Shown: positions 1 to 11,068 of the stretch, one piece after another | How the letters are laid out: each line of letters starts with the position of its first letter | Position numbering within the stretch: the stretch's first letter is position 1 | NCBI GenBank assembly: GCA_950097015.1 | Contig: CATNEN010000029.1 | Coordinates: 8,308,001-8,372,000, forward strand | Origin: Macrostomum hystrix | Lineage: Eukaryota > Animalia > Platyhelminthes | Length of the DNA: 64,000 bases | Reading direction: 5' to 3' | Made by a program: the position numbers and the translations under genes | Notes under the pieces: model-generated | Told to the model about the DNA's origin: nothing | Databases searched by the model: none | What the model saw: the letters and a program-made list of their open reading frames with translations, nothing else

Positions 1-57
1 GCAGGAAATTGTCCCAACAGGCAATCGTCACTACAGGCAATTGTCCCAACAGGAAAT

Positions 58-824
58 TGTAGTGAGTCGCTAGTTACTAGGCTTAGCATCTAGCTCCCTC
101 TCATTGACTAGCTAGTCATCGCCGCTGTGTGGTTTAGTTTAGTCTCCCTTAAAAGTTTAGTTAATGAGTTGGTTACAGTATAAAACTTTGGCCGGTATTT
201 CCACGGTTTTTCCACGGCAGTTTTGGCACGCCCACGGTAATTCCGCCTGCCTAAATCTTTCCAGCCAATGAGAGCGCTAGAAAGGCCTCCGTCAATGGCA
301 GAGTTGGAAGGGATCCAAACCGTATATAAATACGAGCCACACTAGAGCCCAAAAATAAGAGCGCGTCGCGAGCACCGGCCGCGGAGTCTAAGTCTTAAGT
401 TAGGGGTTTGGACAAGCAATACCTTACCTTACGCTTGGATAAGTGCGGCCAGCATCAATTAGGACTAGAAGAAATTTGGATAAGAGCGTCTTTGTATTAG
501 ATAGTAGGCAGCGAGAGAACTCTTGGATAAGGGACCAACTCTTGTCATTAGCTGATTAGGTAATTAGGTTGCTGGGATTTCTTTTGGATAGGAGTCATAC
601 GCAGACGTGCAGGTGATCTCGTGAATTCGAGACCTGCTGTTGGTACAGTAGTGAGATATCTCTTGGCCGAAAGATTAATCCTGTCAGGGACCTATTAGGG
701 ATTGACCGCCGTCTCCTCCGTTCAGCAGCGTCCGTGTTTAGCGTGGATATTGTCCACAGACATTGTCTCCCAGTCTCGTACCTCAGGTGTTTATTTCAGA
801 AGCTAACCAACATGTTTAATTACA
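58..824 (+). other. LTR/promoter-like insert in synthetase intron 3 (second copy 7794-8560)
   Basis: TGTA...TACA ends, CCAAT at about 265, TATATAAAT at about 323, four ttggata(a/g)g motifs. No clean target-site duplication found. Confidence 0.25.
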
Positions 825-889
825 AATACTCGTAATTCTTCTCACGATATTTTAAATGATTAAAAAGTAAGGAAACAACAATAGCTCAC

Positions 890-3332
890 CTTTGAGCCAA
901 TCGATCGCGCAGTCGCCTCTGTACATCGGCTCCCAGTGGCGCAGCAGCGGATAATACAAGTCGCACCGAACTAAGATTGGCACGTTCAGTCAGCGAATGC
1001 TGCAGTAGGAACAGCACTAAAGGTGGCACCAGGGCCATCTGGGTAATCCTGTGACGCTCAATAGAATTCAGCATTAATTCCGGATCAAACTGGGGCAATA
1101 GGACTGTGGTGTAGCCCAGAGCCAGGCTCATACTGACAATGGTAAAGCCGGATATGTGAAAGCAGGGCAGCAGGCCAAGGGAAACTTCAGTCAATTCGGG
1201 AAATCCTGCAGTAGCAGCCAGCTGTAGGGGATTGCAGTTCAGGCTGGCGTGGCTCAGCGCTACGCCTTTAGGCAGGCCGGTAGTGCCGCTGCTGAATGGA
1301 ATGGCCGCCACGCTGTGAGCATCGCAGGCTGAGGGAGTGATCAGGTGAGCAACTTGATAGCTTAAAGTTTGCAGGACACTGAATCGCGTGCTGGCCGGGC
1401 CGCTATTGGCTCTGACCCTCACGCGAATGTGATTGGTCGGGGACCGGTGGGGCCAGAAGCTCCGCTCTGTACTCTCTAGGGGGGCAGCCCCACCAATAGT
1501 CTTTGTTCATCTTTCGCGTTGTCAATAGCAACGACTAGGTACGCTTTCTAAGCTCAATCTTGAACAAGGCGAAGAATAAGCCAATATGTTAGTTTTTCAC
1601 TGCACACAAAAACTTACGAACATCAAACGATTGAAAAGCAGCTCCCGAATCGGTTGTCAATCGGTTAAACGACAGAATTCGACCACTGCCTCCTCCAGCG
1701 CCTTCGCCGTCAACAACAAAGACTGTGCGCAGATCTGGAAGATTATCATCGCCAGCGGCTTGAATCAGTTGTGACAGTCGGGCAGCGCCAACAACAGCCA
1801 TTGTGGCGCCAGTGAGCTTCAAGTGGTAGGCCAGCTCTCGGGGCGTGAACTGATTGAGTACCAGACGATAATAACCGGTAAATTTTGGGACTTGACTAAA
1901 ATCTCGTCTGCAGAATTCCACCAGAATCAGGAAATCTGAACTCCTAAAATCATAACCCCGAAGCGATTACTTCCCAAAAACCCAGACACATTTTATATCA
2001 TATATTACATACATGTAATAATAATAATAATTATTATTATTATTATTACACAAACCCCAATAAACAATCATCTAAAACCTTTAAAGGAACACCTAACACT
2101 TTAATCTAATCCTGAAATTTATCACCTGAACTCTAAAACAATACCTGAACACAACGAAATTCGGAATCCTAAACTCCAGGAACCCTGAAACCGTAGCCAA
2201 ACCCTGAAACCGTAGCCAAACCCTGAAACCGTAGCCAAACCCTGAAACCGTAGCCAAAGCCTGAAACCGTAGCCAAACCCTGAAACCGTAGCCAAACCCT
2301 GAAACCGTAGCCAGACCCTGAAACCGTAGCCAAACCCTGAAACCGTAGCCAAACCCTGAAACCGTAGCCAAACCCTGAAACCGTAGCCAAACCATGAAAC
2401 CGTAGCCAAACCCTGAAACCGTAGCCAGACCCTGAAACCGTAGCTAAACCCTGAAACCTTAGCTAAACCCTGAAACCGTAGCCAGACCCTGAAACCGTAG
2501 CCAAACCCTGAAACCATAGCCAAACCATGAAACCGTAGCCAGACCCTGAAACAGTAGCCAAACCCTGAAACCGTAGCCAAACCATGAAACCGTAGCCAGA
2601 CCCTGAAACCGTAGCCAAACCCTGAAACCGTAGCCAAACCCTGAAACCATACACAAACCATGAAACCATACGCAACCCCTGAAACCTAACCAAACCCTCA
2701 AACTTTACACAAACCCCTAGCTAATAATCGAATTATATCCTGCCTTCGAACCCCAAGACACGATAAAAAATACTAAAGGAAAAGGAAGGCAGGTTCAACT
2801 GAGAAACTGAAAGTTAACCTCTAGCCACTAAACTTAACACAAGCCATTAAACCCAAACGGAACAGGCGCTCTGCTTGAAGATACTAGCTGCCCTCGCATA
2901 TCTGAACAAAAAACTAACCATGGGATTAATTAGTGTCACGGCGCCGCCAATGGCAATGGCTGCCAGTTGGGCCACAACAAATTCCGGACAATTGTGCAGC
3001 ACCATGCCCAACACCTGGCCGGGACCAAATCCTGACCGAATCAGAGCGCTGGCAGCCTTGGCTACTCGCTCTTTCAATTCTGCATAGCTGACAGTGGAAC
3101 TGTCTGGAGCAAACACTAGCGCCGGCTTGCTGCTTAACTGATCAGCTCGGGACAGGGCAAACTTTGCATAGTTCACCTCTGGCTGAGGAACTGATGGAGC
3201 TGGCGACTCTAATATAATTGAGCCAGCAGATGAGGCAAAGCTGCGATTACTGACACCTGATGCAATGGCCAATGACTTGGATTGGCAAGAAAGTGTTAGC
3301 CTGGATAGTGTAAACAGGCGTGGCCACATCAT
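890..3332 (-). CDS. 4-coumarate-CoA-ligase/firefly-luciferase-like acyl-CoA synthetase (ANL superfamily), left copy; exons 2919-3332, 1618-1849, 890-1328; continues beyond the left edge
   Basis: Motifs FSSGTTGLPKG (AMP-binding P-loop), LLPCFHISG and LVPPLVLFL. GT-AG junctions with matching phases: INPM|FTPRE (0), FDV-P-CDAH (1), LAQ-R (2). Arg/Ser/Leu-rich N-terminus MMWPRLFTLSRL resembles a mitochondrial presequence. Confidence 0.9.
2181..2700. repeat. 19-bp minisatellite (ccctgaaaccgtagccaaa)n in synthetase intron 1; duplicate at 9917-10436
   Basis: Directly visible; 19-aa periodicity in the overlapping ORFs. Confidence 0.95.
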
Positions 3333-3874
3333 GGCTGGAAATTGAAAAACGATTGTATTGTAATTGCATAACACACTCCAATTCAATGGTTATTTTTGCA
3401 TATAGCCTTAAGCCTTCTACAAAAAAACAAAGGCTATAGTATACAAATGTATAGTTTGTGCATATAAGATGTTCTAGGTAAGTAGGTAAATCTAACTTAG
3501 AAATTGTGAACAAAACTGTACTCATAGACACAACAAAATTATTTTGATATTTTAAGCTTAGATTAAAGTTTTTTAAAGTAGATAGCTACAATGTGTAAAA
3601 AATAGGCCAAACAGGTCAAACAGATCTTTGAAAGCCTTGGTCTAGTGACCTACCATATGTATGTATATGATAGCTAACTTAAGTTATGTATGGCATAGGC
3701 TATAACTATATCCTATAACTATGGCATAGGAAAATAAAGGTAGCCAGATATGGCAACAACACTTATCTATTAACTAGCTGGCTATACAAAAAAATTGGTT
3801 TAGCCAGATTGTCACCGCAGGTAAGACAATAGTAAAAAACAATTTAAGTTCTAGATAAGAGTATTGGGCAAGTC

Positions 3875-4146
3875 CATACATGCGCAACCTCCCAAATCTT
3901 AGCCGGCCGTGCGACTTAGTTTTAGCTCTCATTTGCAACTTAGTTCGTTTCATTGCTCTATTTACAACTTAGTTTGCTCTCATTTGCTCTCTTTTTCTCT
4001 CCCCTTTTTCCTTTTCTTCATGCCTTCCTTTTTTGTCCCTTGGTCCCCCCTTTGATTTTTTTGCACTTGGTTGATTGGTTTTTGCGACTTACCTTGCTTG
4101 GCCCTTGTTTCACCCGGCCGGGTCGGCCGGGTGTTGCGCATGTATG
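3875..4146. mobile_element. hAT-type MITE A, 272 bp (duplicate 11611-11882)
   Basis: Perfect 14-bp TIR CATACATGCGCAAC/GTTGCGCATGTATG; 8-bp TSD GGCAAGTC at 3867-3874 and 4147-4154. Confidence 0.88.
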
Positions 4147-4763
4147 GGCAAGTCAAATAATCATATCAATATATAATATAGAATTTACTTAGTTCTATTC
4201 CAGATAGCAGAGTTCTAGTCTCAGGTGTGGAAACAGCTTTGAAAGTTCTAGGTCTATTTTTATTTGCTAACCAATATATATATAGTATATAATTAGCCAA
4301 CTATTATGCTTATATAATGGCCTAGTTTTTGCCATAGCTAACAAGTAGGCCCCTAGCTAACTCTAGTCATTCTATGATAGAGTGATAGTGTATCAATTTA
4401 TTAAATCATGTGTTCCTTAAGTTTTTTTCTTTCCAATATAGCTTAGGCTAAGATAGTCAGATTTTAATGCTCTTTCAAATTATTTAGCTTATGCTATGGA
4501 AATTAATCTCTACACCCAGTTTAAGCCTATTCTTTTAGCAAAGCAAAGTGCTTTTTAATATATGTATTTTGGCCAAATATTCTTGCTTCTAGAGTTACAG
4601 ACAGGTTCATCCAAAGGAAGAAACTGATTTTCATAACAGAATGGGGCTAAGGCCCTTTAGGAAAAACTTTTGGATAGGCCTATACCTGGTATATTTTGGA
4701 AAATACCCTCCGATCCACTAGGCCTAGAAGCCTATGTAAGACTATAAAGTATATCCTATATCT

Positions 4764-5741
4764 GGGAGCACGAGACTTGCCCGCAGGCGAACTGCCCGCC
4801 GAGATTTGCCCGCAGGAGATTTGCCCGTCGAGATTTGCCCGCCGAGGTTTGCCCGCAGAGATGTGCCCGCAGTGCATTCTGCCCGCAGGAGATTTGCCCG
4901 TCGAGATTTGCCCGCAGAGATTTTCCCGTCGAAATTTTCCCGTCGAGATTTGCCCGCAGAGATTTGCCCGCAGAGATTTTCCCGCAATGTCGTGGGGTCC
5001 CCGACATGCACCATATAGGACTCCATGGCTTATTTACTGGATTTGTCATTCGGTGGTTGAGCAGATCGAGGTGATAAAATCCAGGCGGCTGACATGTGAA
5101 TTTGAAACAGACAGCGCTCCACCAGCTAGAGATTCCAATACCGGGACCGGGATTTGAGAGCAAACACCTGGAATTCCAATCTCAGGACTTAAAATTGCCC
5201 ACCATTCAGCGGGATTTCAATTTTTCGGGATTTGCTGGGACTGAAAATGCTGGGGATTTTATGGGAGTTGGACAGGAATATCCCGAACCCGACAATCCTG
5301 GGATTGGAAACTAGCCGGGATTTTACCATCCCTACCACCAGGCACCAGCAAAAAATTGCTGCTACAAAAGATTATAGAACAGGCTACAGTAATTTAGCAG
5401 AAAGGAAATTTGAGGTGTCTGCGAAATGCCAAAGAAATATCTTATGCATTTGCGGCAGTAAGAGTTTCAGATTCACACGGTTGAAATCTGGCAGGTAAAT
5501 AATTTCGATAAGTATAAGTCGATTTTTGCAAGATTAAAACTGCATTGCGGGAAAATCTCTGCGGGCAAATCTCGACAGGCAAATCTCAATGGGCAAATCT
5601 CGACGGGCAAATCTCCTGCGGGCAGAATGCACTGCAGGCAAATCTCTGCGGGCAAACCTCGGTGGGCAAATCTCGACAGGCAAATCTCCTGCGGGCAAAT
5701 CTCGGCGGGCAGTTCGCCTGTGGGCAAGTCTCATGGACCCC
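4764..5741. mobile_element. Foldback-type non-autonomous DNA transposon with about 200-bp internally repetitive TIRs, possibly Merlin- or MULE-like (duplicate 12500-13477)
   Basis: Arms 4764-4990 and about 5542-5741 are inverted copies built of gagatttgcccg repeats. GG.../...CC termini; 8-bp TSD CTATATCT at 4756-4763 and 5742-5749. Confidence 0.78.
5127..5334. mobile_element. hAT-type MITE B nested in the foldback element (duplicate 12863-13070)
   Basis: Imperfect TIR TAGAGAT.../...ATCCCTA; 8-bp TSD CCACCAGC/CCACCAGG (7/8); internal cccgg/gggatt motifs. Confidence 0.65.
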
Positions 5742-6300
5742 CTATATCTATATATATAAAAGTGAAAACTCTGTCTGTGTGTGTGTCTGTCTGTGTGTGT
5801 GCAACCTTTTGTCTTTATAGATGCCGAAACCGCTCAACCAAATTGCACCAAACTTTGCACATACCTAAAACCACCTACGCTGAGTGCAATAGGCTACTCA
5901 AATTCCCGAAAAATCATTTCCATCCTGCTCAAAAGTGCAAAAAACTGCTCAAAAATCGTCAAAAAATCACTCAATTCGACATATCGTCGCCCCACTTTGT
6001 CAGAGTTTCTCCAAATTTGATCCACTTACACTTTACATGTTTTCCAACAATGCTGTCAATTTTGAACATCTCTACTCAATCCAGAGCAAAGCTGCATCAT
6101 CTCAAAGTGAGTCACTTTTTTTTTCCGAGGACAGCCACCCCAACTCCCCTCCGCCACTCTGCGGGCCAAATTTTATTACAGCCACCCCCTCCCTTCCCCG
6201 GGCGCCGAAGCCCCAGACTGTACATTGTATTTCAAGCCGTGAATGTACACAGCCCAAACCCCTAGACTGTCTACTGGCCCCCAAGCAGCACTGAGACTGA

Positions 6301-6996
6301 GTGCGGTGGCGTCCCAGTGCGCAGGGCTCTCCGGTTGATATTTCTCTCCAGCCAGCCTATTTCTCTCGATATGCTGATGTTGACTGGCTGTCAGAGAGGG
6401 CAATTCTGTGTCCTAGAAATGATGCCGCCAACGAAATTAACTACCAACTGCTTCAGGAGTTGCCAGGTGCAGTTTTCACCTACAAGTCAATTGATACAAC
6501 GTTGACTGATGACACCGCTGTGGAGTATCCTGTTGAGTTTCTGAACTCTCTAGATCCTCCTGGAACTCCATCGCACAACTTGCAGCTGAAAGTTGGGGCA
6601 CCAATTATGCTCCTCCGCAACCTGAATGCGCCAAGGCTGTGTAACGGCACCAGACTGATAGTCAGGCGGCTCTTCCCACACGTGATTGAGGCCACGATAA
6701 TGACTGGATCTGGCAGAGGAGAGTCTGTGTTCGTTCCCCGGATTCCAATTATCCCCACGGACCTGCCATTTCAGTTCAAGCGACTGCAGTTCCCTGTGAG
6801 AGTGTGCTTTGCGATGACTATTAACAAGGCTCAGGGACAGTCGCGGAAGGTGGCTGGCATCAACCTGGAGACTCCTTGCTTCTCGCATGGGCAGCTTTAT
6901 GTCGCCTGCTCCCGTATTGGAACTCCAGCTGGCCTATTCATTTTCGCACCAAGGGGAAGAACGAAGAATGTGGTGTATCCCCAGGCCTTGAGGTGA
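6301..6996 (+). pseudogene. Helitron RepHel Pif1-type helicase C-terminal fragment (homology from about 6360)
   Basis: Motifs ERAILCPRN, LKVGAPIMLLRNL, LCNGTRL, FAMTINKAQGQS, FSHGQLYVACSR. Rep domain and Walker A are absent. Confidence 0.92.
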
Positions 6997-7148
6997 CTCG
7001 CAAGCAATTAATAGAAAAGTAGTCACGAATTGACCTTGACTTGTCTAACTCTGAACTCTGAAACAGTTTAATTTTGTTTCTTTGATATTGTTATTGTTAT
7101 GTCATGGCTATTTTACTTATGTATACGCGTGTACATGCATACTGTATA

Positions 7149-7422
7149 CAGAGGCAGATTTAGGGGGGGGGCAGGGGGGCAGTCGCCCCCCTAAATTTTA
7201 ATCATGGGAATAAGATGCACCCACCAGGGGCGCCAGTTGCAGCACTGGCACCCCTTTTCGGCCGCTGGCGCCCTTTTTTCAGCCGCTGGCTCCCGTTTTT
7301 CAGCCGCTGGCGCCCTTTCTTGGCTCCTGGCGCCCTTTTTCTGCCGCTGGCACCCCCTCTGTGATTCTCATGGCGCTCCCCTGACAGACCGCCCCAAAAC
7401 AAAATTCCTGGATCTGCCACTG
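7149..7422. mobile_element. hAT-type MITE C, 274 bp, inserted in the Helitron (duplicate 14885-15158)
   Basis: TIR CAGAGGCAGATTTAGG vs CAGTGGCAGATCCAGG (13/16); perfect 8-bp TSD ACTGTATA at 7141-7148 and 7423-7430. Confidence 0.88.
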
Positions 7423-7466
7423 ACTGTATAGAGGAGTGGCTAAGAGACATGTTTCTAAAGAAGTAA

Positions 7467-10400
7467 TCAAGAGGGAGCTGTTTCGCCGCTTTGATTTGGT
7501 CCCAGATCTTCGCCAGTGACAGTAGACACAAGGCGGGTTCGCTGCAACGACACTGGCACACCGACGGAGCCCATGTGATCCGATCCCGCCAGCCGACGCT
7601 CCAGGGGTGGCACCACGTGGGTTAGCGGCGACATCTCCGTGCCACCGTAGGCTTGGATAACGTCCACAGTTGGATTCCATCTGGGATTAGAGTCACCTAA
7701 ATTGTTATAGCATGGTCACTGCTGGCGATTGTTACAGCAGGAAATTGTCCCAACAGGCAATCGTCACTACAGGCAATTGTCCCAACAGGAAATTGTAGTG
7801 AGTCGCTAGTTACTAGGCTTAGCATCTAGCTCCCTCTCATTGACTAGCTAGTCATCGCCGCTGTGTGGTTTAGTTTAGTCTCCCTTAAAAGTTTAGTTAA
7901 TGAGTTGGTTACAGTATAAAACTTTGGCCGGTATTTCCACGGTTTTTCCACGGCAGTTTTGGCACGCCCACGGTAATTCCGCCTGCCTAAATCTTTCCAG
8001 CCAATGAGAGCGCTAGAAAGGCCTCCGTCAATGGCAGAGTTGGAAGGGATCCAAACCGTATATAAATACGAGCCACACTAGAGCCCAAAAATAAGAGCGC
8101 GTCGCGAGCACCGGCCGCGGAGTCTAAGTCTTAAGTTAGGGGTTTGGACAAGCAATACCTTACCTTACGCTTGGATAAGTGCGGCCAGCATCAATTAGGA
8201 CTAGAAGAAATTTGGATAAGAGCGTCTTTGTATTAGATAGTAGGCAGCGAGAGAACTCTTGGATAAGGGACCAACTCTTGTCATTAGCTGATTAGGTAAT
8301 TAGGTTGCTGGGATTTCTTTTGGATAGGAGTCATACGCAGACGTGCAGGTGATCTCGTGAATTCGAGACCTGCTGTTGGTACAGTAGTGAGATATCTCTT
8401 GGCCGAAAGATTAATCCTGTCAGGGACCTATTAGGGATTGACCGCCGTCTCCTCCGTTCAGCAGCGTCCGTGTTTAGCGTGGATATTGTCCACAGACATT
8501 GTCTCCCAGTCTCGTACCTCAGGTGTTTATTTCAGAAGCTAACCAACATGTTTAATTACAAATACTCGTAATTCTTCTCACGATATTTTAAATGATTAAA
8601 AAGTAAGGAAACAACAATAGCTCACCTTTGAGCCAATCGATCGCGCAGTCGCCTCTGTACATCGGCTCCCAGTGGCGCAGCAGCGGATAATACAAGTCGC
8701 ACCGAACTAAGATTGGCACGTTCAGTCAGCGAATGCTGCAGTAGGAACAGCACTAAAGGTGGCACCAGGGCCATCTGGGTAATCCTGTGACGCTCAATAG
8801 AATTCAGCATTAATTCCGGATCAAACTGGGGCAATAGGACTGTGGTGTAGCCCAGAGCCAGGCTCATACTGACAATGGTAAAGCCGGATATGTGAAAGCA
8901 GGGCAGCAGGCCAAGGGAAACTTCAGTCAATTCGGGAAATCCTGCAGTAGCAGCCAGCTGTAGGGGATTGCAGTTCAGGCTGGCGTGGCTCAGCGCTACG
9001 CCTTTAGGCAGGCCGGTAGTGCCGCTGCTGAATGGAATGGCCGCCACGCTGTGAGCATCGCAGGCTGAGGGAGTGATCAGGTGAGCAACTTGATAGCTTA
9101 AAGTTTGCAGGACACTGAATCGCGTGCTGGCCGGGCCGCTATTGGCTCTGACCCTCACGCGAATGTGATTGGTCGGGGACCGGTGGGGCCAGAAGCTCCG
9201 CTCTGTACTCTCTAGGGGGGCAGCCCCACCAATAGTCTTTGTTCATCTTTCGCGTTGTCAATAGCAACGACTAGGTACGCTTTCTAAGCTCAATCTTGAA
9301 CAAGGCGAAGAATAAGCCAATATGTTAGTTTTTCACTGCACACAAAAACTTACGAACATCAAACGATTGAAAAGCAGCTCCCGAATCGGTTGTCAATCGG
9401 TTAAACGACAGAATTCGACCACTGCCTCCTCCAGCGCCTTCGCCGTCAACAACAAAGACTGTGCGCAGATCTGGAAGATTATCATCGCCAGCGGCTTGAA
9501 TCAGTTGTGACAGTCGGGCAGCGCCAACAACAGCCATTGTGGCGCCAGTGAGCTTCAAGTGGTAGGCCAGCTCTCGGGGCGTGAACTGATTGAGTACCAG
9601 ACGATAATAACCGGTAAATTTTGGGACTTGACTAAAATCTCGTCTGCAGAATTCCACCAGAATCAGGAAATCTGAACTCCTAAAATCATAACCCCGAAGC
9701 GATTACTTCCCAAAAACCCAGACACATTTTATATCATATATTACATACATGTAATAATAATAATAATTATTATTATTATTATTACACAAACCCCAATAAA
9801 CAATCATCTAAAACCTTTAAAGGAACACCTAACACTTTAATCTAATCCTGAAATTTATCACCTGAACTCTAAAACAATACCTGAACACAACGAAATTCGG
9901 AATCCTAAACTCCAGGAACCCTGAAACCGTAGCCAAACCCTGAAACCGTAGCCAAACCCTGAAACCGTAGCCAAACCCTGAAACCGTAGCCAAAGCCTGA
10001 AACCGTAGCCAAACCCTGAAACCGTAGCCAAACCCTGAAACCGTAGCCAGACCCTGAAACCGTAGCCAAACCCTGAAACCGTAGCCAAACCCTGAAACCG
10101 TAGCCAAACCCTGAAACCGTAGCCAAACCATGAAACCGTAGCCAAACCCTGAAACCGTAGCCAGACCCTGAAACCGTAGCTAAACCCTGAAACCTTAGCT
10201 AAACCCTGAAACCGTAGCCAGACCCTGAAACCGTAGCCAAACCCTGAAACCATAGCCAAACCATGAAACCGTAGCCAGACCCTGAAACAGTAGCCAAACC
10301 CTGAAACCGTAGCCAAACCATGAAACCGTAGCCAGACCCTGAAACCGTAGCCAAACCCTGAAACCGTAGCCAAACCCTGAAACCATACACAAACCATGAA

Positions 10401-11068
10401 ACCATACGCAACCCCTGAAACCTAACCAAACCCTCAAACTTTACACAAACCCCTAGCTAATAATCGAATTATATCCTGCCTTCGAACCCCAAGACACGAT
10501 AAAAAATACTAAAGGAAAAGGAAGGCAGGTTCAACTGAGAAACTGAAAGTTAACCTCTAGCCACTAAACTTAACACAAGCCATTAAACCCAAACGGAACA
10601 GGCGCTCTGCTTGAAGATACTAGCTGCCCTCGCATATCTGAACAAAAAACTAACCATGGGATTAATTAGTGTCACGGCGCCGCCAATGGCAATGGCTGCC
10701 AGTTGGGCCACAACAAATTCCGGACAATTGTGCAGCACCATGCCCAACACCTGGCCGGGACCAAATCCTGACCGAATCAGAGCGCTGGCAGCCTTGGCTA
10801 CTCGCTCTTTCAATTCTGCATAGCTGACAGTGGAACTGTCTGGAGCAAACACTAGCGCCGGCTTGCTGCTTAACTGATCAGCTCGGGACAGGGCAAACTT
10901 TGCATAGTTCACCTCTGGCTGAGGAACTGATGGAGCTGGCGACTCTAATATAATTGAGCCAGCAGATGAGGCAAAGCTGCGATTACTGACACCTGATGCA
11001 ATGGCCAATGACTTGGATTGGCAAGAAAGTGTTAGCCTGGATAGTGTAAACAGGCGTGGCCACATCAT
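7467..11068 (-). pseudogene. 3'-truncated duplicate of the acyl-CoA synthetase; exons 10655-11068, 9354-9585, 8626-9064 and 7680 down to the junction at about 7483; reads ...GPNQSGE-TAPS* into Helitron sequence (about 432 aa)
   Basis: Exon 4 (acceptor cccag at 7681-7682) encodes WNPTVDVIQAYGGTEMSP...GSVG...GPNQSGE. It is then fused to duplicated Helitron DNA, with a stop at 7467-7469. The C-terminal region (TGD motif, catalytic Lys domain) is absent. Confidence 0.85.

Larger units (their letters stand above)
5747..7483 (+). mobile_element. Helitron, left copy, 3'-truncated by the duplication junction
   Basis: Same 5' A|TCTATATATATAAAAG end and helicase fragment as 13483-15219; lacks the hairpin/CTAG end. 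Confidence 0.85.

Noticed and set aside
2181-2700. Interstitial telomere
   Set aside because: Only a superficial aaaccct similarity; the 19-bp unit is not TTAGGG or TTTAGGG.
890-11068. Bioluminescence (luciferase) system
   Set aside because: Luciferase-like ANL synthetases are widespread in non-luminous animals; nothing in the sequence indicates light emission.
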